From: Escherichia coli
Lineage (GTDB): Bacteria > Pseudomonadota > Gammaproteobacteria > Enterobacterales > Enterobacteriaceae
Reading direction: 5' to 3' (one strand)
Length of the DNA: 32,000 bases
NCBI RefSeq assembly: GCF_041879485.1
Contig: NZ_CP168981.1
Part shown: one piece after another, positions 1 to 9,379 of the stretch
Position numbering within the stretch: position 1 is the stretch's first letter
Layout: each line of letters opens with the position of its first letter
Made by a program: the position numbers and the translations under genes
Notes under the pieces: model-generated
Seen by the model: the letters and a program-made list of their open reading frames with translations, nothing else
Told to the model about the DNA's origin: nothing
The model's database searches: none

Positions 1-832
1 CCAGCTCAAGAATACTGTCCACACTGGCGATGGTTTCGAGGCAGCCGTGATTCCCGCAATAACAGCGTTTCCCATACGGGTCGACCTGTGTGTGGCCTAT
101 TTCCACGAGACTACTGCTGCCTGCGTGTAGCAGATGACCATCGGTAATGACGCCCGCCCCCACGTTGTGATCGATAACCACCTGAATCACATCGCGCGCC
201 CCGCGTGAGGCACCAAACAAGGCCTCTGCCATCGTCCATGCGCTGATATCATGCTGAATATAAACCGGTACGCCGGTATGCTGCTCCAGCGCCTCGCCGA
301 GCGGCATCTCTTTTACATCCTCGTAGAACGGCATGCGATGTACAATACCATTTTCCGTATCAATAATTCCCGGCAAGGTTATGGCAATCGAAGTTAGACG
401 CTCAAGTTTTTTCTGGTGGCGAATAAAAAACTGATCGATATGGGAAATGATACGATCCAGCAATGGCGAGTCATCTTTTAACGCCAGTTCCTGCGACTCT
501 TCCACCACCAGTTTGCTGCTCAGATCGCGCAGAGCAAGGAAAATCTCCCCGCGACTAATGCGCAGAGAAAGATAGTGCCAGGCTTCAGTTTCAACCACCA
601 GCCCCACCGCCGGACGGCCACGGTTCCCCGCTTCTTTGATTTCCAGCTCTTGCACCAGGTGTGCTTCGAGCATCTCACGGACAATTTTAGTGATACTGGC
701 AGGAGCCAGCTGCGCCAGACGGGAAAGATCGATACGCGAGACTGGACCAAGCTGATCAATCAGGCGATAAACCGCGCCCGCGTTGGTCTGCTTTATTTGA
801 TCAATGTGCCCAGGCTGGTTTTCAGCAACCAC
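1..832 (-). CDS. mlc: Mlc/DgsA, ROK-family transcriptional repressor (C-terminal end outside window)
   Basis: Minus-strand reading from a GTG at 830-832 gives MVAENQPGHIDQIKQTNAGAVYRLIDQLGPVSRIDLSRLAQLAP..., recognised as Mlc; includes the ROK-type cysteine cluster CYCGNHGCLE. Open at window start, so absent from the ORF track. Confidence 0.95.
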   Translation of the reverse strand, partial: MVAENQPGHIDQIKQTNAGAVYRLIDQLGPVSRIDLSRLAQLAPASITKIVREMLEAHLVQELEIKEAGNRGRPAVGLVVETEAWHYLSLRISRGEIFLALRDLSSKLVVEESQELALKDDSPLLDRIISHIDQFFIRHQKKLERLTSIAITLPGIIDTENGIVHRMPFYEDVKEMPLGEALEQHTGVPVYIQHDISAWTMAEALFGASRGARDVIQVVIDHNVGAGVITDGHLLHAGSSSLVEIGHTQVDPYGKRCYCGNHGCLETIASVDSILEL

Positions 833-966
833 CGCATACTCCCTATATTTTCGCGCTCCGAAATAATCTGTAGGCTATGGTGAAGCACTTCAATACGTGT
901 CGTCAAATTTTTACTTAGGCATGTGATTAACAGCACATTTTTCGGGCTTTTTCGCTGAAATTTCCC

Positions 967-1860
967 TCACCTGAGAGCATTCAGCAGATGAATACGAAAG
1001 TTACGCGCAGCCGGACTTTGTTCATGATGTTTCGGCCAGACCAACCACATTTCAGAAACCGCATCCTCTTCAGCAATCGGCACCCAGCGCATTTCGTTGA
1101 GCTGAACACGTTTAAATGAAGCAGGCAAAATTGAAACACCCAGACCGGCGGAAACCAGACCGATGATGGTCATTGCCTCGCCCACCTCCTGAGTGATGAC
1201 GGGCGTCAAATGGTAACGTCGCATCAGCCCGAGAATATCGTCATACAGCCCTGTCCCGACGTGCGGATCAAAAAAGACGAAGGGTTCTTTCGCCAGTTCA
1301 GCCAGCGTTACATTCGGGTTATTTGCCAGGGGATGATCGTGCGGGATCATCGCCATAAGCGGTTCATGGACGATGACTGCGTGTTCAAGCGTCTCCGGTA
1401 ACGCTGTGTAACGCAGCAATCCCATATCCAGCGTTCCTTCAATGAGCGGAGCGATTTGCTCACGAGTGTTCATTTCGCGGGTTTGTAAATGGACATCGGG
1501 ATAATCACGGCGAAACAGCGATAACGTATCGGACACCGCCCGAATAAAAGGAGCGGACGAAGTAAAACCAATGCGCAACTCCCCCGCTTCCCCCTGATGC
1601 AGTCTTTCAGCGCGAGCGGCAGCGTCATCTACCATAGACAGGATTTGCCGACTATCTGCAAGAAACTGTTTTCCTGCTGCCGTCAGCAATACACTGCGAT
1701 TAGTTCGTGCCAGCAGTCGGGCACCAATTTGTTGCTCCAGTGCCTGAATCTGCTGACTTAGCGGTGGTTGCGAAATATTCAGGCGGGCAGCGGCGCGCCC
1801 GAAATGCAGCTCTTCCGCAACAGCAACAAAGTAACGCAGATGACGAAGTTCAATATTCAT
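967..1860 (-). CDS. ynfL: LysR-family transcriptional regulator YnfL
   Basis: 297 aa ORF with N-terminal LysR HTH (MNIELRHLRYFVAVAEELHFGRAAARLNISQPPLSQQIQALE); position beside mlc and divergent from ynfM. Confidence 0.93.
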   Translation of the reverse strand: MNIELRHLRYFVAVAEELHFGRAAARLNISQPPLSQQIQALEQQIGARLLARTNRSVLLTAAGKQFLADSRQILSMVDDAAARAERLHQGEAGELRIGFTSSAPFIRAVSDTLSLFRRDYPDVHLQTREMNTREQIAPLIEGTLDMGLLRYTALPETLEHAVIVHEPLMAMIPHDHPLANNPNVTLAELAKEPFVFFDPHVGTGLYDDILGLMRRYHLTPVITQEVGEAMTIIGLVSAGLGVSILPASFKRVQLNEMRWVPIAEEDAVSEMWLVWPKHHEQSPAARNFRIHLLNALR

Positions 1861-1966
1861 ATTTAAAACATCTTATTTGAGATTATTAATATATTAGACA
1901 GAACAATTCGATTTTCCTAACCTATGTATAAGCCTGATCCACAGGCATATTTAGCAAGGATTTCAA

Positions 1967-3220
1967 GTGAGCCGTACTACAACTGTTGATGGCGCTCCGG
2001 CAAGCGACACTGACAAGCAAAGCATTTCTCAGCCAAATCAATTTATTAAACGCGGTACGCCGCAATTTATGCGCGTCACCCTGGCGCTGTTCTCTGCCGG
2101 ACTGGCAACATTTGCACTTCTCTATTGTGTGCAGCCTATCCTTCCGGTGCTTTCGCAGGAGTTTGGCTTAACGCCCGCGAACAGTAGTATTTCACTGTCC
2201 ATTTCCACGGCGATGTTGGCTATTGGTTTGCTGTTTACTGGCCCCCTATCCGATGCCATTGGTCGCAAACCAGTGATGGTCACGGCGCTACTGTTGGCCT
2301 CCATTTGTACGTTACTTTCGACAATGATGACCAGCTGGCACGGCATTTTGATTATGCGCGCCTTGATTGGGCTTTCGTTAAGTGGCGTGGCAGCTGTTGG
2401 CATGACTTATCTTAGCGAGGAAATCCACCCCAGTTTCGTGGCCTTTTCGATGGGGTTGTATATCAGCGGCAACTCAATTGGCGGCATGAGCGGACGCTTA
2501 ATTAGTGGTGTCTTCACGGACTTTTTCAACTGGCGAATTGCTCTGGCGGCAATCGGTTGTTTCGCGCTAGCCTCGGCGTTGATGTTCTGGAAAATCCTCC
2601 CTGAATCACGCCATTTTCGCCCGACTTCGCTGCGACCTAAAACGTTGTTTATCAACTTTCGTCTGCACTGGCGTGACCGGGGATTACCGTTATTGTTCGC
2701 AGAAGGCTTTTTGCTGATGGGGTCGTTCGTCACGCTGTTTAATTACATCGGATATCGGTTGATGCTCTCCCCCTGGCATGTCAGTCAGGCCGTGGTTGGC
2801 TTATTATCGCTGGCTTATTTGACCGGTACATGGAGCTCACCCAAAGCCGGAACCATGACCACCCGCTACGGGCGCGGTCCGGTGATGTTGTTTTCGACGG
2901 GGGTTATGCTGTTTGGTTTACTGATGACCTTATTCAGCTCGCTGTGGCTGATCTTTGCCGGAATGTTACTCTTCTCAGCAGGATTCTTCGCAGCCCACTC
3001 AGTTGCCAGCAGCTGGATTGGCCCCCGCGCAAAACGCGCTAAAGGCCAGGCCTCCTCGCTGTATCTGTTCAGTTACTATCTGGGGTCGAGTATTGCCGGG
3101 ACGCTGGGTGGTGTTTTCTGGCATAACTATGGCTGGAACGGCGTCGGCGCATTTATTGCTCTGATGCTGGTCATTGCTCTGCTGGTCGGGACGCGTTTGC
3201 ATCGTCGTCTGCACGCCTGA
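1967..3220 (+). CDS. ynfM: MFS transporter YnfM
   Basis: 417 aa ORF with multiple hydrophobic segments and MFS motif (LSDAIGRKPVM); synteny. Confidence 0.93.
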   Translation: MSRTTTVDGAPASDTDKQSISQPNQFIKRGTPQFMRVTLALFSAGLATFALLYCVQPILPVLSQEFGLTPANSSISLSISTAMLAIGLLFTGPLSDAIGRKPVMVTALLLASICTLLSTMMTSWHGILIMRALIGLSLSGVAAVGMTYLSEEIHPSFVAFSMGLYISGNSIGGMSGRLISGVFTDFFNWRIALAAIGCFALASALMFWKILPESRHFRPTSLRPKTLFINFRLHWRDRGLPLLFAEGFLLMGSFVTLFNYIGYRLMLSPWHVSQAVVGLLSLAYLTGTWSSPKAGTMTTRYGRGPVMLFSTGVMLFGLLMTLFSSLWLIFAGMLLFSAGFFAAHSVASSWIGPRAKRAKGQASSLYLFSYYLGSSIAGTLGGVFWHNYGWNGVGAFIALMLVIALLVGTRLHRRLHA

Positions 3221-3268
3221 AAAATAAGCCCGGACTGCGGTAACTACACGTCCGGACTTATTGCTTGC

Positions 3269-3388
3269 TCAAACCAACGTTAATAGCCATCCTAAAATAG
3301 ACGAAGCGCCAGCCAATTCCCGCAGCGCGTCTAGCGTCATCAGGATTATAAGTACCCAAATAAACGGATTCATTTTGCTGTGTGTCAT
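3269..3388 (-). CDS. Possible small membrane protein (39 aa; alternative 34 aa start)
   Basis: Minus-strand reading: MTHSKMNPFIWVLIILMTLDALRELAGASSILGWLLTLV*. Hydrophobic and uninterrupted, in the ynfM-asr gap; no clear Shine-Dalgarno. Confidence 0.35.
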   Translation of the reverse strand: MTHSKMNPFIWVLIILMTLDALRELAGASSILGWLLTLV

Positions 3389-3526
3389 TTATTACTGATG
3401 CGCAGTTATTCTACCGCTTTGTAAGTAGTAAAATAGTTAACCCGATCAAGACTACTATTATTGGTAGCTAAATTTCCCTTAAGTCACAATACGTTATTAT
3501 CAACGCTGTAATTTATTCAGCGTTTG

Positions 3527-3540
3527 TACATATCGTTACA
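3527..3540 (+). promoter_or_regulatory. RstA box upstream of asr
   Basis: TACATATCGTTACA matches the RstA consensus TACATNTNGTTACA about 100 bp upstream of the asr start. Confidence 0.85.
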
Positions 3541-3643
3541 CGCTGAAACCAACCACTCACGGAAGTCTGCCATTCCCAGGGATATAGTTATTTCAACGGC
3601 CCCGCAGTGGGGTTAAATGAAAAAACAAATTGAGGGTATGACA

Positions 3644-3952
3644 ATGAAAAAAGTATTAGCTCTGGTTGTTGCCGCTGCTATGGGTCTGTCTTCTGCCGCC
3701 TTTGCTGCAGAGACTGCGACCACACCTGCTCCGACTGCGACGACCACCAAAGCAGCGCCGGCGAAAACGACACATCATAAAAAACAGCATAAAGCAGCAC
3801 CTGCCCAGAAAGCGCAGGCGGCTAAAAAGCATCATAAAAATACGAAAGCTGAACAGAAAGCCCCTGAACAAAAAGCGCAGGCAGCGAAGAAACACGCCGG
3901 GAAACACAGCCATCAGCAACCGGCAAAACCTGCTGCACAACCCGCAGCGTAA
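3644..3952 (+). CDS. asr: Acid shock protein Asr
   Basis: [23 protein letters not shown] signal peptide followed by Ala/Lys/His/Gln-rich repeats. Start set at the internal Met of the 3617..3952 ORF. Confidence 0.95.
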   Translation: MKKVLALVVAAAMGLSSAAFAAETATTPAPTATTTKAAPAKTTHHKKQHKAAPAQKAQAAKKHHKNTKAEQKAPEQKAQAAKKHAGKHSHQQPAKPAAQPAA

Positions 3953-4044
3953 GTTTTCAACAGTAATGCTGGCGCGCCCCCTCGCGCCTGAAAATTACGG
4001 TGCTAAGCAGGTAACGTTTAGCACCGCCTTTAGCGGAGGGTAGT

Positions 4045-4128
4045 ATGGTGGGCCGTTATCGCTTTGAGTTCATTCTTATCATCCTTATTTTATGCGCACT
4101 GATTGCCGCCCGTTTTTATCTTTCCTGA
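4045..4128 (+). CDS. ydgU: Small membrane protein YdgU (27 aa)
   Basis: ATG at 4045 encodes MVGRYRFEFILIILILCALIAARFYLS*, with GGAGG upstream; between asr and ydgD. Confidence 0.85.
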   Translation: MVGRYRFEFILIILILCALIAARFYLS

Positions 4129-4227
4129 CTGTAGTTATCTGATTTTACTCCCACTTTCATCCCGTCCCGTCTATAGTATTTATGAGGGTTTGCTTTTAAT
4201 AATCATAATTACCCACCAGAGTGTGAT

Positions 4228-5049
4228 ATGCGTACAACCATTGCTGTAGTGTTGGGTGCAATTAGTTTGACGTCTGCTTTTGTGTTTGCAGATAAACCAG
4301 ACGTTGCCAAATCGGCAAACGATGAGGTCAGCACCCTGTTTTTTGGTCATGATGATCGTGTGCCAGTGAATGACACGACCCAATCACCGTGGGATGCGGT
4401 TGGGCAACTGGAAACGGCCAGCGGCAATTTATGTACGGCGACGCTGATTGCACCCAATCTGGCATTAACGGCAGGACACTGTTTATTGACGCCGCCTAAG
4501 GGTAAAGCGGATAAGGCGGTAGCGCTGCGTTTTGTGTCAAATAAAGGTCTTTGGCGCTATGACATCCACGACATAGAAGGCCGCGTTGATCCGACACTGG
4601 GAAAGCGGTTAAAAGCAGATGGGGATGGTTGGATTGTTCCTCCCGCAGCTGCACCATGGGACTTCGGCTTGATTGTGCTGCGTAATCCCCCTTCTGGCAT
4701 TACACCGTTGCCGTTATTTGAGGGAGATAAAGCCGCGCTTACTGCCGCATTAAAATCGGCTGGTCGTAAAGTGACTCAGGCGGGATATCCTGAAGATCAT
4801 CTCGATACGTTATACAGTCATCAAAACTGTGAAGTGACTGGCTGGGCGCAAACGTCGGTGATGTCACATCAGTGCGATACCTTGCCGGGTGACAGCGGTT
4901 CGCCTTTGATGTTGCATACCGATGACGGCTGGCAATTAATTGGGGTGCAAAGTTCGGCTCCTGCCGCGAAAGATCGCTGGCGCGCCGATAACCGGGCCAT
5001 TTCTGTTACCGGTTTTCGCGACAAGCTGGATCAACTGTCGCAAAAATAA
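4228..5049 (+). CDS. ydgD: Putative periplasmic trypsin-like serine protease YdgD
   Basis: 273 aa; signal peptide, LTAGHCL and GDSGSPL motifs. Confidence 0.93.
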   Translation: MRTTIAVVLGAISLTSAFVFADKPDVAKSANDEVSTLFFGHDDRVPVNDTTQSPWDAVGQLETASGNLCTATLIAPNLALTAGHCLLTPPKGKADKAVALRFVSNKGLWRYDIHDIEGRVDPTLGKRLKADGDGWIVPPAAAPWDFGLIVLRNPPSGITPLPLFEGDKAALTAALKSAGRKVTQAGYPEDHLDTLYSHQNCEVTGWAQTSVMSHQCDTLPGDSGSPLMLHTDDGWQLIGVQSSAPAAKDRWRADNRAISVTGFRDKLDQLSQK

Positions 5050-5087
5050 TGTTCAAACGCTGCCCGACAGTGCGGGCAGCGTGTTCA

Positions 5088-5417
5088 TCAGGCAAGTTTC
5101 ACCATGATCATTCCAGCCAACAGCAAGACCAGGCCAATCCAGCCTTTACGATTTAACCGTTGACCAAACAAGATCCAACCTGCGGCTAACGTGGCGGCAA
5201 TACCAAACCCGCCCCACAATGCATAAGCGACAGACAAGTCGATCCCTTTTACGGCCTGAGAAAGCGCACTAAAGGCAGCCAGCACCGCCGCCAGGGAGAG
5301 CAAGCCAAATATTTTGCGACGAAAGCCGTCAGAAAATTTCAAAAAGACGTTAGCAACGATTTCCAGCACGATTGCCAATGCCAGCCAGGCGGCGTGAACC
5401 CATTCAAACTGCGCCAT
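5088..5417 (-). CDS. mdtI: Spermidine exporter subunit MdtI (SMR family)
   Basis: 109 aa, [35 protein letters not shown]...; overlaps the 3' end of mdtJ. Confidence 0.95.
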
Positions 5418-5769
5418 GGTTCACTTCCAGTTCAGGTTTACGCGCTTTACGGGTACCTGATTTGATCAACACAATCCCGGCGACCAGGGTGGTTAACCCG
5501 GCAATTTTCATCAGCGATAAACTTTCGTCGAATAACAAAACGCTAAACAAGGTAATAAATAAAATACCGATACCTTCCCACAGCGCATAAGCTACGCCTA
5601 AGGCGATCTTTTTAACGGCGAAAGAGAGAAATATATACGACAGAGAAATCATCACCAGCATTAAAATAAAGCCGCCATTTCCCTCACTGACGCTCGCCCA
5701 TTTCATTGACAGCGTACCGGTAATTTCTGTAGCAATAGCCAGGCCTAATAAAATCCAATAAATATACAT
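5404..5769 (-). CDS. mdtJ: Spermidine exporter subunit MdtJ (SMR family)
   Basis: 121 aa, [26 protein letters not shown]... Confidence 0.95.
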
Positions 5770-6180
5770 TGTCCTTCTCCTGCAAGAGAATTATTTTAAT
5801 TTTCGCTTAATTCAGCGAAACCAAAGTAAAGTGGTCAAGCCCCGCGCATAGGGCAAGCTTAGGCAGAAGAAAGGACTAAAGCGCGTTGCGCCAGTGCTGC
5901 TCACCTACGAGCAAGATAGTGGATGAGGTACGAAGATGGGTAAATGTTGAAAATAACGTCCTGAACAAATTGTCCATAATATTACAATTATCCGCAGTGT
6001 TGCTTCTCGTCATCGCGGATGATAATTGTCCTCGGTAGTTGAACACGCCTGATTTGTATCATAGCTTAAGAATTAACTCAAAATATTTTCACTTCTTTAC
6101 CTGAGCGGTTTGATTTTCGTTATGATGACGGAGCGAAAAAGACATTATTATTAGCAAAGGAAGAAAAAACGGGGACAAGC

Positions 6181-6345
6181 ATGGCAAAGCCGATCATCAC
6201 GCTCAATGGCCTAAAAATCGTCATTATGTTGGGAATGCTGGTCATTATTCTCTGCGGTATCCGTTTTGCCGCCGAGATCATCGTGCCGTTTATTCTCGCA
6301 TTATTTATTGCTGTTATATATAACTTACTTCACATAACACGTTGA
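6181..6345 (+). pseudogene. tqsA: tqsA (ydgG) 5' fragment, truncated by island insertion
   Basis: [46 protein letters not shown] matches the start of TqsA, then reads into element sequence and stops (TGA 6343-6345). Confidence 0.92.
6309..6317 (+). other. Left attachment core (9-bp direct repeat copy 1)
   Basis: TGCTGTTAT, identical to 21187-21195. Joining the flanks through one copy restores the TqsA frame (...[18 protein letters not shown]...). Confidence 0.85.
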
Positions 6346-6391
6346 TTTAATTAAATAATTTTCACCGCAAAAAGTGCCAAAAATCGCAAAA

Positions 6392-6413
6392 TGACTACAC
6401 CAGTGACTACACC
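6392..6413 (+). repeat. Paired TGACTACACC repeats, candidate integrase arm-type sites (left)
   Basis: TGACTACACC at 6392-6401 and 6404-6413, 12-bp period; same pair at 21037-21058. Confidence 0.6.
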
Positions 6414-6426
6414 GTTCGGTGCACTG

Positions 6427-6446
6427 TATGAAACAACGTGGAACAA
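6427..6446 (-). repeat. 10-bp tandem TTGTTYCACG-like repeats, left-end copy
   Basis: Plus strand TATGAAACAA|CGTGGAACAA; related arrays at 13930-13959, 19690-19729 and 21072-21101. Confidence 0.65.
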
Positions 6447-6524
6447 ATAGACACAAGAAATATACAGGCGGATCATCTTTCCAGGGGGAAGCGCACCAAT
6501 TCATGAGGGGCGTTAATGTCGATA

Positions 6525-6789
6525 TGGGGATCCCCACCTACCGGAATTTTTTTCCGGTTAAACGTTAATCAGGCTGGTGGGCTTTACCTGTTCGGTAGGT
6601 GTTATGATTATCGTAATACCTTTCCCCCAATGGGGTAAAAGCATCAACCGTAACGAAAGTCGTTATGGTTGCCACTGATACCCCAAATTTGGGTATCACG
6701 AGTAAGACCCAAAATCTGGGTGTTACTCTTACTACCCAAACTACGGGTAGTTTCCGTAGTTTCATGGTCGAGTTGCAGATCTGCAACTC
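6525..6789. repeat. Cluster of inverted repeats near the left end of the island
   Basis: TGGGGATCCCCA (6525-6536); ACCGGAA-N5-TTCCGGT (6540-6558); imperfect dyads centred 6609, 6630, 6658, 6687, 6714, 6741; perfect 20-bp palindrome GAGTTGCAGATCTGCAACTC (6770-6789). Confidence 0.75.
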
Positions 6790-7082
6790 CCCCATTAACC
6801 ACAGGCGAATTTCCGCCTTCGGTCATTCCTTAATCATCTGCGTAATCATAATGATTATTCAGCAAGCGCAATTTTGCGCTTTGCTTAAAGTTCAGCGAGT
6901 TACCGCGCCGACTTCCTCAAATTGAGGTTTCCGAAAATATCAGCGGGTTAGCGATTAAGCTGATCATTAATTAAACTGCGAAAATTTCGTAGTTTGTGAC
7001 TGTCTTTCAGGCAGCTTGTTAACAGTCCTCAGAAGCGAGGGATGTAGCCACCCATTTTTGGTCCGTCGGGAATATCAACCAG

Positions 7083-7364
7083 TTACCGCCGCAACCGCTC
7101 CGGCTTCTTCCAGTGGTACGTTATTTTCTCCTTCTCCCGATACATCTCCACGCGGCGACGGTAGGCCAGCAACTCAAGAACTCTGGTTCGTATGTTGCGC
7201 ATATCCACGCCATTAAGTTCTATACCATCACGGCGCATCACCTCAGCAACAACACGCGCATAGTTTTCGGCTGTCACGCTGTCCGGCTGCGTGGCCTGTT
7301 CGTCAGCCTGCTGGCTGATTCCGGCAACGCGGCGGATTAATCCCGTTATTTCGGCTTCTGTCAT
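7083..7364 (-). CDS. Hypothetical protein downstream of TerL (93 aa)
   Basis: ORF MTEAEITGLIRRVAGISQQADEQ... collinear with and 13 bp after TerL. Confidence 0.7.
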   Translation of the reverse strand: MTEAEITGLIRRVAGISQQADEQATQPDSVTAENYARVVAEVMRRDGIELNGVDMRNIRTRVLELLAYRRRVEMYREKEKITYHWKKPERLRR

Positions 7365-7377
7365 GCTGCTGACCTCA

Positions 7378-9039
7378 TTACACCCCGCTAAATTCTTCCA
7401 GTTTCTGGCGGTGGCTGTCGCTTATATCAAAAGCAAAATCCTCATGCTCTGCCTGGAATGTACCAAACGCCATCAGCGCCGCCACGCTCGGGTCTATCTT
7501 GTTCGGTGATTTTTTCTTGTTCGGCTTGATATTGGCGTTCGCGTCACTCTGCATCACGACGTTACTCATCGACCAGGACAACACCGGATCGCCACGATGC
7601 ACAATCACCCTGCGGTTAACAAAAACTTCAAACGATTTCGCCGCCGGACTGAATCTGAGGTAGGTTTGCGGGAACGGCTCCACCTCAAAACCTGCCCCCT
7701 GTAATTGCGTTCTGAGATGCGTGGCGTTCCACGTATCAAAGCCCACCAGCCTGATATTAAATTTCTCCGCGTCCTGCATGATGTCATCTCTGATCCGGTC
7801 GTAATCAATGCAGTCGCCAGGCGTTGTGCGTATCCAGCCTGCTTTAGCCCACTGACGATAGATGGCGCGGTTTTTATTGGCGGGGTTCTGTAGCTGGAAC
7901 TCCGGCAGATAATGACGGGAAACCAGCATAATGGTTTTACCTACCGGAAAGGCATAGCACACGCTGGAAATATCGCTTGTGGATGATAAATCCAGCCCCG
8001 CGTAACACTCCTGGCCGTGTAAATCTTCCTCCGTGAACGTTCCGGCACACTCAGCCCATGCGCCGTTACCCATCCACGGGGTAGTCCCCTGACACCAGAT
8101 ATTAAATCGCTTTGTCATCATCTCCACCCACTGCGACGGAATACCCCGCGCTTTCTGGATGGTTGAGGCCAGTTTTTCACGATCCACGGAAACATCAATA
8201 TTAGGGTTCGCCTTTATCCACATCGCCGGATCATCAACCTCGTTTTCGTCGTCCAGTTCGTAAATCAGTACAAAAATTGAATCGTTAACCTCTTCGCCGT
8301 CCAGGATCTGGCAGCAATAATCATAGTGCTGCTTACAGGCTGAAACGACGTTGCTGCCTGATGTGGTAATGGCAAATAACAGCCCTTCGGGACGTGCGCC
8401 CATCCCCAGCTCAAGCGCGGAATAAACGCCGTTATCGGGGTGCAAGTGGTATTCGTCCACGATGGAAAGGCTGGGGTTTGTTCCCTCGATGGTTGCCGCT
8501 TTTGCTGCCAGCGGCTTTAACAGGCTGTTGCTTTTCGGGTGTATCACCTTATGCGCCTGAATATTCACCCGCCTGCGTAACGGTCGGGATAAAAGGCACA
8601 TCTGACGCGCATCATCAAAGACGATCCGCGCCTGGTCACGGCTCACCGCTGCGGTGTAGATATCCTGCTGACCGTTCTCCATAATCAGAAACCAGTTAGC
8701 CAGAATCGCGGCGGTCGTTGATTTCGCATTTTTGCGCGGCACTTCGATAAAGGCGCTCGTATATTTGCGCCGTCCGGTGGCCTTAACCTTAAAGCCGAGG
8801 ATGCACGCAAAGGCGAACTGCTGCCACGGCTCCAGCTCAATGGGTCTGCCACGCATCGGCCCTTTTACGTGCGGGCACACCCTGGAAAAGGCAATAAACC
8901 GATCCACAACCTCACGATCGAACGTGTAAAGGGGGCTTTTAAGGTCCGAAAAGTACCGTTTAACGGCCTGTTTCAGCCGTTTACAGGCCGGAATTTTGCC
9001 CGTTTTTACGTCTTCTGCGTACTTATTCCAGGCGGTCAA
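7378..9039 (-). CDS. Terminase large subunit (HK97/P27-associated type)
   Basis: 553 aa with Walker A-like motif EVPRKNAKSTTAAILANW and acidic SIVDEYH motif typical of TerL. Confidence 0.95.
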   Translation of the reverse strand: MTAWNKYAEDVKTGKIPACKRLKQAVKRYFSDLKSPLYTFDREVVDRFIAFSRVCPHVKGPMRGRPIELEPWQQFAFACILGFKVKATGRRKYTSAFIEVPRKNAKSTTAAILANWFLIMENGQQDIYTAAVSRDQARIVFDDARQMCLLSRPLRRRVNIQAHKVIHPKSNSLLKPLAAKAATIEGTNPSLSIVDEYHLHPDNGVYSALELGMGARPEGLLFAITTSGSNVVSACKQHYDYCCQILDGEEVNDSIFVLIYELDDENEVDDPAMWIKANPNIDVSVDREKLASTIQKARGIPSQWVEMMTKRFNIWCQGTTPWMGNGAWAECAGTFTEEDLHGQECYAGLDLSSTSDISSVCYAFPVGKTIMLVSRHYLPEFQLQNPANKNRAIYRQWAKAGWIRTTPGDCIDYDRIRDDIMQDAEKFNIRLVGFDTWNATHLRTQLQGAGFEVEPFPQTYLRFSPAAKSFEVFVNRRVIVHRGDPVLSWSMSNVVMQSDANANIKPNKKKSPNKIDPSVAALMAFGTFQAEHEDFAFDISDSHRQKLEEFSGV

Positions 9040-9379
9040 GCTCGTCCTCTTCTTCTGTTTCCGGTGGATTTTTACGGCGGCTTATCGGGTCAAAACCGAG
9101 CAAGGAGGCCATTTTTATCATCACTCTTTCCGCGTCGGATTTCGCGCTTAATGCGGGGTTTCTGCTCTCTCCGCCCTGACTGTTAACAATGCTGAACCCG
9201 CGCGCCGCAAGGTCTGCGACGGCTTTCCGGTATATCGAGTAATTGACGCAATACAGTTCCAGATTACTCCAGTCGGCGGGAGTCAGGTCACCCCGTTCCG
9301 CAAGCTGCCGCGATTTTTCCCGCCACTGCTTCACGGCGATATCATCCAGGTAGGCGGGGGCTTTCGGTGGTCTTGCCAT
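9023..9379 (-). CDS. Terminase small subunit, P27 family
   Basis: 118 aa, MARPPKAPAYLDDIAVKQWREKSRQLAERGDLTPADWSNLELYC..., directly upstream of TerL. Confidence 0.88.
   Translation of the reverse strand: MARPPKAPAYLDDIAVKQWREKSRQLAERGDLTPADWSNLELYCVNYSIYRKAVADLAARGFSIVNSQGGESRNPALSAKSDAERVMIKMASLLGFDPISRRKNPPETEEEDELDRLE

Noticed and set aside
6674-6754. CRISPR or coding tandem repeat
   Set aside because: Only three 27-bp units with diverged sequence but preserved inverted symmetry; no repeat-spacer structure.
6565-6925. ORFs 6565..6795(-), 6644..6826(-) and 6665..6925(+)
   Set aside because: They all overlap the inverted-repeat array; the open frames and repeated residues (NLGITSKTQNLGVTLTTQT) are explained by the 27-bp (9-codon) repeat period. 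No RBS or recognisable domain.
8394-9186. Plus-strand ORFs over TerL/TerS (8394..8684, 8732..8929, 8869..9186)
   Set aside because: Antisense to well-supported terminase genes, low-complexity composition, no domain.
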